Counted from the first letter of the stretch, positions 8,907 through 22,982 are shown. The stretch: 64,000 nt of DNA from an uncultured Bryobacteraceae bacterium (GCA_964248405.1 CAXTYH010000005.1:41631-105630), one strand, 5' to 3'. Program-made: numbers and translations. Notes: generated by a model not told the origin, from the letters alone.

Positions 8907-9422
8907 CTACTTGATGGCGAGCGGTTGTTGCAAGAGTGTTCGTGCCGAGTCAGGCAGCTTATCCGCATGTGCCAAAAGCAAGCTAACCTGCCACAACTCG
9001 GTCTGGCTCATGGCGCCGGTATAGGCGGGCATTCCGGTCAGTCTGATTCCGTTGGCGACCTTCCAGTAGGTTTCGCCGGCGGGGTCATCCGTTACCCCGA
9101 CGCCTTTGAACAGTTGAGGGGGACGCGGGAACATGCCTTTCGCCGTGGGCTCGGCTGCTTGTCCAGGAAGGCCGTGACAGATGGCGCAGTTTGCCCGGTA
9201 AAGATGGACGCCGGCCAGATAATTTTCATCACTTGGCTCGATCGGCACTGACTTGGGGGCTTCCTTTTCGATTCGGGCGTGCAGCGCGATGTGCGCCAGT
9301 TGCTTTTCGAACGGCATGGGCGATGCTGCGGTCGCCACCGGCGCGTAGCCAAAGCGGAAGTACAGCAGCCCAAACAGGGGCAGAAGACAGAGTCCAATCA
9401 CCACTCCCAGCAGAAAGCGCAT
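8907..9422 (-). CDS. membrane-anchored mono-haem c-type cytochrome
   Basis: 171 aa. N-terminal hydrophobic anchor and a single CAICHG haem-binding motif. Confidence 0.8.
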   Translation of the reverse strand: MRFLLGVVIGLCLLPLFGLLYFRFGYAPVATAASPMPFEKQLAHIALHARIEKEAPKSVPIEPSDENYLAGVHLYRANCAICHGLPGQAAEPTAKGMFPRPPQLFKGVGVTDDPAGETYWKVANGIRLTGMPAYTGAMSQTELWQVSLLLAHADKLPDSARTLLQQPLAIK

Positions 9423-9505
9423 TGCTTCTCAGTGTATGGGAGACCAGGTAGCCCGCTGCCCCGGTGCTGGCTCAGAAAGGCGTCCTTGGCCTGTAATGAT
9501 GAGCA

Positions 9506-9751
9506 ATGGAGCCGCTATCCCAAGTTGTCGGCTACCCGGCCGTTCAGGTCGTGCTTGGCTCGATACCGCTGATGCTGGCCATTGCCGGCGCTTCTCGGCA
9601 GAATGGACGCTACCTGATTGCCATCGAGAATCGGATAGATGGTCTTGACAAGCGGATAGACAAGGTGGACGAGCGCCTAAGCCGCATCGAAACGAAGCTG
9701 GATAATTCTCTGAGGCCATTCATGATCTTGACAAAAGGCTCACCCTCGTAG
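9506..9751 (+). CDS. small hypothetical protein (one hydrophobic segment + short coiled-coil-like stretch)
   Basis: 81-aa ORF in an otherwise empty intergenic gap. No homology recognised. Weak support only. Confidence 0.3.
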   Translation: MEPLSQVVGYPAVQVVLGSIPLMLAIAGASRQNGRYLIAIENRIDGLDKRIDKVDERLSRIETKLDNSLRPFMILTKGSPS

Positions 9752-9897
9752 AGGTTACTCAAAACTTATCCGAAAAGCGATCAGGCCGTTGAGCACGATT
9801 CCTGGCGCAGAAGCGGGCCACCCTTGTGATTAAATGAGTTGATCGGCTCTCCGGTCGCTGCGGTTCCCTGCAGCATCACCCACCTAGGAGCACATGG

Positions 9898-11033
9898 TTG
9901 GAAACAGCAGTTCTGGCCCTGGAAGACGGCACCGTTTTCGAGGGAACGAGCTTTGGTGCGCGCACGCAACGGGTCGGCGAGGTTGTTTTTAACACAGCCA
10001 TCACCGGCTACCAGGAGATCTTCACCGATCCTTCGTATCTTGGGCAGATTGTCGTTCTGACGAATCCGCAGATCGGCAACTACGGATCGAACGGGTTGGA
10101 TTCGGAGTCGGCTTCTCCCTACATCGAAGGGTTGGTAGTGCGCGAAATCTCGCCCGTGGCGAGTAACTGGCGATCGGATGACAAGGCGGAGGACTTTCTC
10201 GGCAAGCATGGGATCCCGGTAGTCGCCGATATAGACACCCGCAGGCTGGTGCGTTTGTTGCGCAATAAAGGCGCACTGCGGGGCGTGATCGCGACTGGCT
10301 CCCAGAACATAGAGGAACTGGTGAAGGTGGCACGGCAGGCGCCTTCCATGGCCGGGCAGAATCTGGTGGATCGGGTATCGACGCCGCAACAATACGATTG
10401 GAATTCGGGTGTGGACCCGGTGTCGGTTTCCGACCGGTTCGTGAGTGTTGCCGGCGATCCGCCCGGGCAGCACGTGGTGGCATACGACTACGGGATCAAG
10501 CGCAACATTCTACGGCATCTGGTGGAGATTGGCTCACGGGTAACGGTTGTGCCGGCCGCCACCAGCAGTGAGGATGTGCTGGCGCTAAAGCCGGACGGTG
10601 TGTTTCTCTCCAATGGCCCAGGCGATCCGGAGCCGCTTCGGCGTCAGGCAGGGGAAGTAAAAAAGCTGATCGGCAAAGTGCCGGTGTTCGGCATCTGCCT
10701 GGGACATCAGATCCTCGGTCTGGCGCTTGGCGGAAAGACTTACAAGCTGAAGTTCGGACACCACGGCGCGAACCATCCGGTTCTTAACAAAAAGACGCAG
10801 CGGGTGGAGATCACCAGTCAGAACCACGGGTTTTGTGTTGACCCGGATTCACTGCGCGATGCCGACATCGAGATCACACACCTGAACCTGAATGACGGAA
10901 CGGTGGAAGGGCTGCGGCACCGAAGCGAGCCGGTGTTTTGCGTGCAGTATCATCCGGAGGCAGCGCCTGGCCCGCACGATTCGCACTACCTCTTTGGGGA
11001 GTTTGCGGCGTTGATGAAGGGTGGCAAGCGTTA

Positions 11034-11034
<1 letters not shown>
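9898..11034 (+). CDS. carA: carbamoyl-phosphate synthase small (glutaminase) subunit
   Basis: 378 aa. CPSase small-chain N-domain plus class-I amidotransferase block [12 protein letters not shown] start with AGGAG 7 nt upstream. TAA 11032-11034 overlaps the carB ATG by 1 nt. Confidence 0.95.
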
Positions 11035-14264
<3,230 letters not shown>

Positions 14265-14291
14265 TTTGCGGGCTGAGCGGTTGCTACCGTC

Positions 14292-15521
14292 GTGCGCCTC
14301 TTTTCATTTTCTCCCGCCGTCGAGAGTTGCCCCCATGCGCTTGCCTCCGAGAGGCTTACCATTGAGCTTCAGACAGTCATGCAGGAAAGAACTCTTTCAA
14401 TCGGTTCTGCCTTAAGCCTTCCCAAGAGGAAGCCTGTTCCAGTCCGCCTGGTGGCGGTTCTGCTGGTGAGCGGGCTGCCCTGTTTCAGCGCTTATCGGTT
14501 GCTGTATGGCTCCCCCGATGGCTCAAGTGTCCAAGCTATTTCCCGTTCCGGGGACTCGGGCCAGTCTGCGCCGGGAAGCGGCACAAGTCACCAACTGCCA
14601 GGCAGCATTTCAGGCACCGTTCAAGATACCCGAGGGTCCGCAATCGCAGGCGCGCAAGTAGCGCTGGTGGGGCATGACCGCGCTGTGATAAGCGAGGTAA
14701 CGGCAGACGATAAGGGTGCTTTTACGTGCGCCGGCCTGGCGCCTGGGTCTTACGGGATGAGTATCTATGCGGCTGGTTTCGAACCGTTCGCTGCGGAGGC
14801 CGTGGTAGTTGGGGCGGGTGAAAGACGCGAACTGCCTGCGGTCGCTCTTCGTGTTGCCCCTAAAAATACCACCGTTGATGTGACCGCGACCTTGAGCGAA
14901 GTCGCGCAGGAGCAGGTGAAGCAAGAGGAGAAGCAGCGCATCGTAGGGCTGCTGCCGAATTACTTTACAAGCTATATCTGGAATGCAGCCCCGATTAGGC
15001 CAAAGCAGAAGTTTGACATGGCGGTACGGACAGTGGTAGATCCGGTCGCTTTTCTGGTGGTGGGTGGCATCGCCGGCGTGGAACAGAGTCACAAGACGTT
15101 TCCCGGGTACGGCCAGGGCGCCGCCGGCTATGCGAAACGGTTCGGAGCGGCCTATGCTGATACTGTGTCGGCGAGAATGTTGGGCAGTGCAGTGTTTCCG
15201 ACGCTCCTGCACCAGGACCCGCGATATTATTACCGAGGCTCGGGAACAGTGCGCACGCGGCTGCTGTACGCTTTGGTATCGACAGTTATTTGCAGAGGGG
15301 ATAACGGGCGATTAGAACCGAACTACTCCCACGTATTTGGCAGTTTCACGGCGGCGGGGATCTCGAACCTCTATCGGTCTCCCAGCGACCGGCAAGCCGG
15401 TCTCACTTTTCGGAATGGGTTGATCATTACGGGGAGTGGAGCGGTGGTCAATCTGCTGCGCGAATTTGTTTCACGGCAGTGGACGCCGAATGTTCCGGGA
15501 TTTGCAAACGGGAAACCCTGA
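14292..15521 (+). CDS. CarboxypepD_reg-like domain protein with N-terminal membrane anchor
   Basis: GSISGTVQDTRGSAIAGAQVALV...GSYGMSIYAAGFEP is the carboxypeptidase-regulatory-like beta-sandwich. The C-terminal ~200 aa is unassigned. Alternative start ATG 14379. Confidence 0.7.
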   Translation: MRLFSFSPAVESCPHALASERLTIELQTVMQERTLSIGSALSLPKRKPVPVRLVAVLLVSGLPCFSAYRLLYGSPDGSSVQAISRSGDSGQSAPGSGTSHQLPGSISGTVQDTRGSAIAGAQVALVGHDRAVISEVTADDKGAFTCAGLAPGSYGMSIYAAGFEPFAAEAVVVGAGERRELPAVALRVAPKNTTVDVTATLSEVAQEQVKQEEKQRIVGLLPNYFTSYIWNAAPIRPKQKFDMAVRTVVDPVAFLVVGGIAGVEQSHKTFPGYGQGAAGYAKRFGAAYADTVSARMLGSAVFPTLLHQDPRYYYRGSGTVRTRLLYALVSTVICRGDNGRLEPNYSHVFGSFTAAGISNLYRSPSDRQAGLTFRNGLIITGSGAVVNLLREFVSRQWTPNVPGFANGKP

Positions 15522-15586
15522 TCCGGGTGGCTGTACTAATCCTCAACAATTTCATTTTATTGCGCTGCTAAGGCCTGAGTCCCCGC

Positions 15587-16376
15587 ATGTACGCTAGCTA
15601 CCGACGGCTCACCGTCTTGCTCCGGCGTGAAGGTGGGAAGGTAAATGCCAAACGCGTGTACCGGTTATACGAGGAAGAGAACCTCAAGGTGCGCAGTGTG
15701 GAGCGCAAGAAAATTGCGCGTCGGCAGGGCGTGCCGAGCCAAGCTGTTAAGCCGGATGATTGCTGGTCGGCGAATTTGGTCAGCGACAAGCTGGTGGATG
15801 GGCGGCCGATTGGTGTGCTCACGCTCGTCGATCAGTTCACTCGAGAATGCATCTGCCTGGAAGTGGATCGCACCATGAATGGCCCCAAAGTCGTAGCCGC
15901 ACTCACCCGGGCGATCGCCGAGCGCGGCGCTCGGCCGCGCAGTCTGACTCTGGAACGGAAGCGAGTAATGCCGGACATGCGATGGAACTTTGGCCATTGA
16001 ATCCGGCGTGCAACTATGCTTCATCCGGCCCGGGTCCTCCCGCCGAGAACGGGTTTATGGAAAGCTTCAATGGCCGACTCGGCGACGAGTGTCTCAACGT
16101 GGAGTGGCTTGTTTCTTTGGCCGACGCACGCCAAAAAGCTGGCGCTCTGACGCCAGCACTACAACCAAGCACGCCCGCACCGTGCGCTCGACGATCGGAC
16201 GCCAGCAGCCCTTCGCGGATCTTTCTCGCGGTAACCGGGCAGCGCGCTCCTGCTTGCCGGAAAGGATCGACAATCAGGGCAAACCGCTTCTACGCCTCGC
16301 GCAGAGCTCAGACCCTCTCGTGAGTCTTTGGAGTGACTTTCAGGCCCGCCGGATCGGTGACCGCTCGAGACTCTAA
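15587..16376 (+). mobile_element. decayed IS3-family transposase (OrfB/DDE integrase) relic
   Basis: Three overlapping frame pieces (15587..16000, 15760..16323, 15990..16376) together spell an IS3-type integrase core (LTLVDQFTRECICLEV; IRPG..ENGFMESFNGRLGDECLNVEWLVSLADARQK). At least two frameshifts. No OrfA and no terminal inverted repeats recognised. Confidence 0.75.
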
Positions 16377-16536
16377 CATCGATCGGTACGAATTTTGGTA
16401 GCAGGTCAATCATGTTACTTTCACCGATACTTCTGTGCGAAGTTTGGGGGCAGGTCGATAGGTGTAGCGCGTTCTAATCAGCCGGTAAGCAAAATGCAAG
16501 CGTCGCCTCCCCGATGCTATCCTCCGGACTAAGGCT

Positions 16537-17385
16537 GTGCGGATGAATCGGCGGACTGCTCTTTCCTTGACGATCGCCGCTGTTTCGTGCCTCTGCAGCG
16601 CGTATGCGCTTGACCGCACGCTTCCCAAACCCTTCCGCGAAGTCCCGGGCATCGAGTACCGTGTCGGGTCCATTCGCTTGCCGCCCGATTACGATCAACG
16701 GACCGAGTGGGCCTTCGCTCGCTTAGCTTTTCCGCCCGGTTGGAATAACGGTTACGAAGGCCGCGACAATCCCGAATGGCAAGCCGGCACCTCACTTTGG
16801 ACGCAGGATTTCCCGCGTGCCGATCGTCACTTCTCCCAAGCTGTGCGCCGCTTGACCCGGGTGAATGTACGCCCGGTCGAGCAGGTTGTCAACCTGGATG
16901 ATGGCCCCGACGTTTACAACTGGCCCTGGCTCTATGCCGTTCAGGTTGGCGAATGGGGCATCACCGATCAACAGGCCCAGCGCTTACGCGATTACCTGCT
17001 GCGAGGCGGCTTCTTTATGGCCGACGATGTGCATGGCACCGTCGAGTGGCAGGTCTTTGCTGAGTCCATGAAGCGGGTTTTTCCGGACCGCGCCATTGTG
17101 GAGATTCCGAGCAGCGACCCACTCTTTCACACCGTGTACGATCTGCAGGACAGGTATCAGATCGTCGGCGCCGATCACTTGGGAGAAGGGCATAAAAGCG
17201 ATGGTTTTGTCGCTCACTGGCGCGGCATCTATGACGATCGAGGCCGCGTGATGGTGGCCATCTCTGACAATTCAGATATCGGCGATGCCTGGGAGTGGGC
17301 CGACGAGCCTGCTTATCCGGAGAAGTTCTCCGCGCTGGCAGTGCGTCTCGGGGTGAATTACATCGTCTACGCGATGACGCACTAG
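16537..17385 (+). CDS. DUF4159 domain-containing secreted protein
   Basis: 282 aa. Signal peptide, then WPWLYAVQVGEWGITDQQAQRLRDYLLRGGFFMADD and the C-terminal LGVNYIVYAMTH, which I recall as DUF4159 hallmarks. Confidence 0.75.
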   Translation: MRMNRRTALSLTIAAVSCLCSAYALDRTLPKPFREVPGIEYRVGSIRLPPDYDQRTEWAFARLAFPPGWNNGYEGRDNPEWQAGTSLWTQDFPRADRHFSQAVRRLTRVNVRPVEQVVNLDDGPDVYNWPWLYAVQVGEWGITDQQAQRLRDYLLRGGFFMADDVHGTVEWQVFAESMKRVFPDRAIVEIPSSDPLFHTVYDLQDRYQIVGADHLGEGHKSDGFVAHWRGIYDDRGRVMVAISDNSDIGDAWEWADEPAYPEKFSALAVRLGVNYIVYAMTH

Positions 17386-17481
17386 CTTGCCCTCGGCTCA
17401 CGTGCTGCTGTGTTGCCCAATAGCGCTGTTGCTTTGTAAAACTCATGCTGAACAAATACTTCCGATTGGCCGCCATGCGCT

Positions 17482-19695
17482 TCAGCGGAAGTTCTCGACC
17501 ACCATCAAATTTGTGTCGGACATCGTTGGCTGCGGATACAGAGCCCAGCGTTCGTCAGAAGAAACATCAGCCTGCGGAATGCCCGGTAGGGTTGCAATGG
17601 CGCGAATGGAACCGGTTGCAAAATCCAGATAGTCAAGCTTCGCTTGTGGGGAGCCGGTTGCAAAGTAAATGCCCTTTGAGAATACGGTAAATAGCCGTCC
17701 TTCTACAGAACTCAACACCTTTGTTGCGTTACCTCCGTCGGTCGACATTCGGAAAAGATCTCCGGAATGGTCGTCCTGCCGAACAAAATACAGAGACCTA
17801 CCATCGGCCGATTCAGTTGCCAAGGCGCCTCCATCGGTGGTCACCTGCTTTTCGGCGCGACCGGTTGCGCGCACTTTGCGAACTTCGGCTTTTCCCGTCC
17901 GCCAGGAAGTGAAGTAGATCCATGCGCCGTCCCGCGACCAGCCCGGAATGGCGTCGGTCGATGGATCATTAGTCATCTGCACCGGCCACCCCCCATCAGA
18001 CCGAATCATATAAATGTCGAAGCTCCCCCCGACATTGCTGTCGAATGCAATGGTACGGCCGTCAGGCGACCATTGCGGACTGCCGGATATACCTCGCCCA
18101 AAATTGGTCAATTGAACTGCGTTCGTGCCGTCTGCGTCGCATACCCAGATTTCATCGACACCGGACCGCCCCGACTGGAATACGATGCGTTTGCCGTCAG
18201 GAGAAAATTGCGAAAACTTGTCTCGTGCCGTGGTAGCCGTCACCCGTACGGGCTCGCCCCCTTTACCCCTCGAAAGCGGAATTTTCCAGAGGCTTCCAGA
18301 GTAGTGTCCGCGATTGTAAATGAGAGTCCGGCCGTTTTGGGCAACAGCAACATCCAGAGCATCCTCACCGGCTCCAACCAGGCGAACGGGTTTTCCGCCT
18401 GTGGCCGGGATCCGCCATAGCTCCCGTCTGCCGGTGCGATCCGAAGAGAAGATAAGCTCGCGACTGCCTGCTGCCCATGCCGGAGTGTGTATGTCCGCGG
18501 CATCCACTGTGATCCGTTTGGGATCTCGGCCGGCACGGGAGTTTTCGTGCGAAAGCGGGAGGACGTAAAGATCGCCTGTCCGAATACTTGTGAAGCGAGC
18601 AAACGCCAACTGCTGTCCATCGGGCGAAACAGCGGGACCGAAATCGCCACCAGACCCTTTTGGCGGCGATGTCATCGGTTGCAGTTCGCCAGTTTCGGCC
18701 GATATACGGACGATCGCAGGTGGCGCGTTCGGAACGGCTTGCGCCGAAGCAAACAAGTATTTCCCATCGCGTGACCAGGCCAGCATAGACCCAAATGATG
18801 CAATGCCACAGATGAAAGGAAACGTGCTGGCAACGCATCCAGCCGAGGTCGGATCCGCTTTTATCACGCGAGCAAGCTGCTTGAGCTGGCCGCCCGAAGC
18901 AGGAAGGAGAACGATTACCCCTGTTTGCCCCAAATCCTGTAATGCGGCGATCCAACGTCCGTCCGGCGACCACGCAGGACTGAAGACTCGCGCAAGATCT
19001 TTGCTGATCTTCACCGCATCGCCCGGACCGTTCAGCTTCACGTAGATTGCCGGCTGCTGGGGCGGCATGCTCCACGCATAGGCAACCCGTGTGCCGTCGG
19101 GCGAGAAGGAGGGCTGCAGTTCCAACCCGGTGTTGGAGGTTAATGGCGCAACGTGGAGGTTGGCCGGCAAGCTCGTATCGGTCCTGCTCAGAAGGAATGC
19201 TGTAGCGAAAATACCCAATGCCGCGACGGCAATCGCTACCATGGCAATGCGTCCCCGCCTGCCCTGCATCAGTGCAAGGGTTTTCCGCTGCGATGGCAGT
19301 TCCGGCGCAAGCGTCGTAGCGGGAGCAGCTAAAGGCTGAGCTTTCGGCTCAGGTGCTGTCTTCGGCTCGCACAAAACAGGTGCAATGAATCGATACCCTC
19401 GCCGGGCCTGTGTCTCGATGAAACGTGGGTTGTCGGCCGCGTCGCCCAAGGCTTGGCGCAGCTTTGCCATCGCCGCATTGAGTCCGCGGTCGAAATCTAC
19501 GAAAGTATCCGCGGTCCAGAGTGCTTGCCGAAGCTGTTCCCGAGTGACCGTCTCCCCGGCGTGCTCTAGCAAAATGGAGAGTAGCCGAAACGGCTGCTCC
19601 TGGAGCTTGATTTTGCGCCCCTCTTTGATCAACAAGCCTTGTCTCTGGTCCAACTCGTACTGTCCGAACCGCACGACTCCTGAACCGGTAGGCAT
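17482..19695 (-). CDS. CadC/OmpR-type winged-helix regulator fused to a transmembrane segment and a TolB-like (PD40) beta-propeller
   Basis: 737 aa. N-terminal trans_reg_C domain (FGQYELDQRQGLLIKEGRKIKLQEQPFRLLSILLEH...RRGYRF), one TM (IAMVAIAVAALGIFATAFLL), then repeated SPDG/WSPDGR propeller blades. Confidence 0.85.
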   Translation of the reverse strand: MPTGSGVVRFGQYELDQRQGLLIKEGRKIKLQEQPFRLLSILLEHAGETVTREQLRQALWTADTFVDFDRGLNAAMAKLRQALGDAADNPRFIETQARRGYRFIAPVLCEPKTAPEPKAQPLAAPATTLAPELPSQRKTLALMQGRRGRIAMVAIAVAALGIFATAFLLSRTDTSLPANLHVAPLTSNTGLELQPSFSPDGTRVAYAWSMPPQQPAIYVKLNGPGDAVKISKDLARVFSPAWSPDGRWIAALQDLGQTGVIVLLPASGGQLKQLARVIKADPTSAGCVASTFPFICGIASFGSMLAWSRDGKYLFASAQAVPNAPPAIVRISAETGELQPMTSPPKGSGGDFGPAVSPDGQQLAFARFTSIRTGDLYVLPLSHENSRAGRDPKRITVDAADIHTPAWAAGSRELIFSSDRTGRRELWRIPATGGKPVRLVGAGEDALDVAVAQNGRTLIYNRGHYSGSLWKIPLSRGKGGEPVRVTATTARDKFSQFSPDGKRIVFQSGRSGVDEIWVCDADGTNAVQLTNFGRGISGSPQWSPDGRTIAFDSNVGGSFDIYMIRSDGGWPVQMTNDPSTDAIPGWSRDGAWIYFTSWRTGKAEVRKVRATGRAEKQVTTDGGALATESADGRSLYFVRQDDHSGDLFRMSTDGGNATKVLSSVEGRLFTVFSKGIYFATGSPQAKLDYLDFATGSIRAIATLPGIPQADVSSDERWALYPQPTMSDTNLMVVENFR

Positions 19696-19863
19696 GGCTG
19701 ATGAGCAAGTCTAGCAAAAATTGCCCCCTTCGGAATCTTCCGACCAAATTACATGCGCTACTATCCCCTGCTGAATAAAGCACATGCGGAGTAACCAACT
19801 GATTGCAGCCGAATAACATCCCAGGCATGGTGGCAGCCGTTTGCTGCTGGCAAATTCGCAAGC

Positions 19864-20613
19864 ATGAAGTATGCGAAGGTCGCGCGCAGTGGCTCCTGGA
19901 AACTTGTCTTCTCCCTCTCTCTGCTTTTGTCGGCAGCACTGGGCCAGGCTCCACCGCACCCCCAGCTTACGGTTGCCGTCTATGATGTCGCAGGCATTGG
20001 CCCAAAAACTCTGGAGCGCAGCGAGCGAATCGTCGAAGCGATCCTGTTAGCTTCGGGTTTGCAACCGAAATGGATCGCCGGCCCGCCTGCCGAACTCGAC
20101 AGCATAGGCACCGATTTCACGGCCCGAACTCCGCGCGAATGCCTGGCTGCGCCGATCCCATCCATTCTGCGGGTACAAATTCTGCGCCACGCGCCGCCTG
20201 GTATGAGCCCCCAGGCACTCGGATTCTCATTACCTTGTGCAAGAGCAGGTGTTCAGGTGACGATATACGCCGATCGGGCGGCCCTTGCCTGCAAAACCGG
20301 AGGGCCGACATTCGGTCGCGTGCTGGCATATTCGATCGCACACGAGTTGGGGCACGTGTTGCTGCACTCCTATCATCATGAGACGAATGGACTAATGAAA
20401 GCTGTCTGGTCTAAAAGCGATTGGCAGCGCGCGGCGGTCACCGATATTCCATTTAGTCCGGTTGACGTGCAGCGGATCGCCGCATTTTACGCGGGAACGG
20501 CCAATTGTAGTGACTTTGAAGAGCCCGCGGCCCGAACAAAAAACCCTGGGAAAGCCGCTAAGCCGTCCCGGGCACTTGCTTCCTTGGCGACTACTTGGGC
20601 TGAACAACCGTAA
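19864..20613 (+). CDS. secreted hypothetical protein with an HExxH zinc-protease-like motif
   Basis: 249 aa. Signal peptide (LVFSLSLLLSAALGQA). AHELGHVLLH is the only recognisable motif. Confidence 0.55.
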   Translation: MKYAKVARSGSWKLVFSLSLLLSAALGQAPPHPQLTVAVYDVAGIGPKTLERSERIVEAILLASGLQPKWIAGPPAELDSIGTDFTARTPRECLAAPIPSILRVQILRHAPPGMSPQALGFSLPCARAGVQVTIYADRAALACKTGGPTFGRVLAYSIAHELGHVLLHSYHHETNGLMKAVWSKSDWQRAAVTDIPFSPVDVQRIAAFYAGTANCSDFEEPAARTKNPGKAAKPSRALASLATTWAEQP

Positions 20614-20701
20614 AGTTAGTCCTACCTCCCGCGAGAAGGCTCAATAAAACCGGCTTACCCTCTTTTTGCACCACAACGGTGCTGGCCCACTCCCGAACCT
20701 T

Positions 20702-22204
20702 CTACTCGGAAGCGACCTCTCCTTTCGGCTTGCCATCCTTCCTGACTGGACCCCAGAAGACGCTGCAATCGCGGATGTCCTGGTGATTGGGAAACAACTC
20801 GGCCAGCTTCATATCCTCAATCCGTTCGTCCTTACAGCTCTCCACGGTAGCGAAGCGGCCTTGCTTCACCTGCTCATTGAGCTCCGATTCTGAAATGACA
20901 TGGTAGAGAGCTTCCTGCTTGGGCGGCAGGTCGAGCTTGTGCGAGTAAGAGAACTCCATAGCAGGCGGCGGCTTGCGATGCAGAAGGAAGTAGACCTGTT
21001 CGTCGGCATAGATCAACCCACCGGGCCGAGTGACTTCCTTTACCTTGGCTGCGATCTCCTCGTAGTGGCTCCAGCGGGTAGACTCGCGATCATCGAATAT
21101 GCTCTTGGCGATCGACAGGAGCATCAGCGCGCAAACAACTCCGGCAGGCCAGGCGGGCCGCAGCGGACTGACCAGTCGGGATCCTACTTCGTACAGGCCG
21201 ACGGCGGCCAGTCCTCCACAGAAAGGAAGCGCCACGATAAAGTAGCGCTGGAAGGTGGGATGGGCGGTAGCAATGTAGAGGATCAGTGCAGCTGCGATTG
21301 CACCACTCAAATAGAACTCGCCCCGGCTTTGCCGATCCCACGGTTGGTTCCTGCGAAGGAAGATCAATCCCGCAATGGCCAGACCGCCGAGGATCAGGGC
21401 TGGGGCCGAATCGAGCCACGCGAGAAGTGCGTCAACATCGTGGCTGGTGGCGCCTGCCCATTTCACCCGCCGGAAAATAGCCTGATACTGCATAACATTA
21501 AACAGGGTCTGAGCCGGGCCTTTGGCGAACAGAATTAACACGGGGATAAAGGGGAAAACGCAGCCGGCCAGGAAGGCAGCGCTCTTGGTTCCGCGCTTTC
21601 CCATCACGTTATAAAGAAGCAGCCAGCCTAAAAGAATCGGGACAACCGGCGCGGTCAGTAAGGTGGAGGCCGCAGCCGCGCTCCCTAACAGTCCAGCGAA
21701 AAACGCCCACGCTGCTGAAGGTCTTCGCACCGCCACCAGCATCACTCGAAATGCGGCTACGGTGAGGAATAACGCTATCGCATAAGACTGTCCTATCGGT
21801 CCGAACGTCACCAGAATATCGTTGAATCCGATAAGGCTCAAGGTGGCCAGCGCACAGGGGAGCTGCCAGGCAGGAACGGGGAATCTGGTCAGGATAAAGT
21901 CTGCCATCAGCCAGACAGCACCTGCTATCTCAAGCGCCGCCGCCACATGCGTGGGCCGCCATCCCTGGCCGAAGACGTGCATCCAAAGCGCGTTCCAGTA
22001 AGCGTTCAGCGGTGTCTGCGGAAAGCAGAAATCGATGTAAGGTGTTCTGCCGTCGTCGATCAACTGAGCTGCCAGCAAGTGAAAGCCTTCATCCCACACA
22101 AACGCCATCGTCTGCGAATACAGCAGCAGGGCAGCGGTAAACGCGGCTGTCACCAGAGCAAGGATGAGCCGGGGCGAACGGCGGGGTAAAGCAGAAAGGT
22201 TCAC
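20702..22204 (-). CDS. GT-C fold glycosyltransferase (ArnT/PMT, GT39/83-like)
   Basis: 500 aa with 10 or more TM helices. The first loop carries the acidic DE motif (FVWDEGFHL). Soluble C-terminal ~110 aa. Confidence 0.8.
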   Translation of the reverse strand: MNLSALPRRSPRLILALVTAAFTAALLLYSQTMAFVWDEGFHLLAAQLIDDGRTPYIDFCFPQTPLNAYWNALWMHVFGQGWRPTHVAAALEIAGAVWLMADFILTRFPVPAWQLPCALATLSLIGFNDILVTFGPIGQSYAIALFLTVAAFRVMLVAVRRPSAAWAFFAGLLGSAAAASTLLTAPVVPILLGWLLLYNVMGKRGTKSAAFLAGCVFPFIPVLILFAKGPAQTLFNVMQYQAIFRRVKWAGATSHDVDALLAWLDSAPALILGGLAIAGLIFLRRNQPWDRQSRGEFYLSGAIAAALILYIATAHPTFQRYFIVALPFCGGLAAVGLYEVGSRLVSPLRPAWPAGVVCALMLLSIAKSIFDDRESTRWSHYEEIAAKVKEVTRPGGLIYADEQVYFLLHRKPPPAMEFSYSHKLDLPPKQEALYHVISESELNEQVKQGRFATVESCKDERIEDMKLAELFPNHQDIRDCSVFWGPVRKDGKPKGEVASE

Positions 22205-22230
22205 TGAACTACCAAGCTCGAAGGGAGAAG

Positions 22231-22982
22231 CTAAGGGTTCGCGTACCAGTCGCGCACGCGAACATCAATCCCGGTGCCGCTCAGAAGCTGGGCAAACTTT
22301 GCTGGATCCTGCCCACGGTAGTGATACGGATAGACAACCTTAGGATGAAAAGCTTTGACGGCGTCGGCCGCTTCTTCCACCGTCATTGTATAAGGCAGGT
22401 TCATGCAGACGAAAGCGACATCGATGTTCTTCAATTTCCGCATCTCAGGGATGCCTTCGGTGTCTCCGGAAATGTAGAAGCGCTTTCCGCCGTAAGTGAG
22501 GACGTATCCGTTTCCTCGACCTTTGGTATGGAACAGCTGTCCGGGAGTGGGGCCTCGCTTCTCGTTATACATCGGCACCGCTTCTATCGTCCAGTCGTTC
22601 CAGAGCGTGGTTTGGCCATTGTCTAAGGTCTGCGCGCTCGTGATCGTTTCGGCAACGGCGGCCGGCGCAATCACCTTTGTGTTTGGGCCGGAGAGTTCAT
22701 TTATTGCACCGGCATCCATGTGGTCAGCGTGAATGTCTGTGATTAGGATGCAATCGGCTTTCGGCTTGCCTGCGAACAGGGCAGCCGGCGAAGGATCTAC
22801 ATAGATGATTTGCCCCCGGCGGTTAGGGTGAAACTTGCGTGCTGGAAAGGGGTGATGGTCACCGGTCCGGCAGCGGTGGGGATCTGGTCAGCTGCGTAGC
22901 TGATGCGGCAGGTTTGCGTACCCGCCAGTAAACAAAGGAGCAAAGCCTTTTGCATGTACCAGAAAGTGTAGCGTAGGGTCAC
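22231..22982 (-). pseudogene. MBL-fold metallo-hydrolase interrupted by a single frameshift at a C5/G5 run
   Basis: ORF 22797..22982 encodes a signal peptide plus PVTITPFQHASFTLTAGGK. Shifting one frame at ccccc (22813-22817) gives IIYVDPSPAALFAGKPKADCILITDIHADHMDAGAINEL, which runs into ORF 22231..22719. HADH is the MBL HxHxDH-type motif region. Confidence 0.75.

Noticed and set aside
8188-9024. Alternative long ORFs (8188..8805 minus, 8317..9024 plus) over the Gly/Tyr-rich gene
   Set aside because: They are open only because the repeat DNA lacks stops in several frames. Only the 8226 frame has a signal peptide and an upstream GGAGGG.
9781-10473. 230-aa antisense ORF across the carA start
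   Set aside because: It overlaps carA on the opposite strand, and has low-complexity composition and no motif.
10938-11033. N-terminal extension of carB in the ORF track
   Set aside because: It would overlap carA by 97 nt. The conserved CarB N-terminus [17 protein letters not shown] begins at ATG 11034, overlapping the carA stop.
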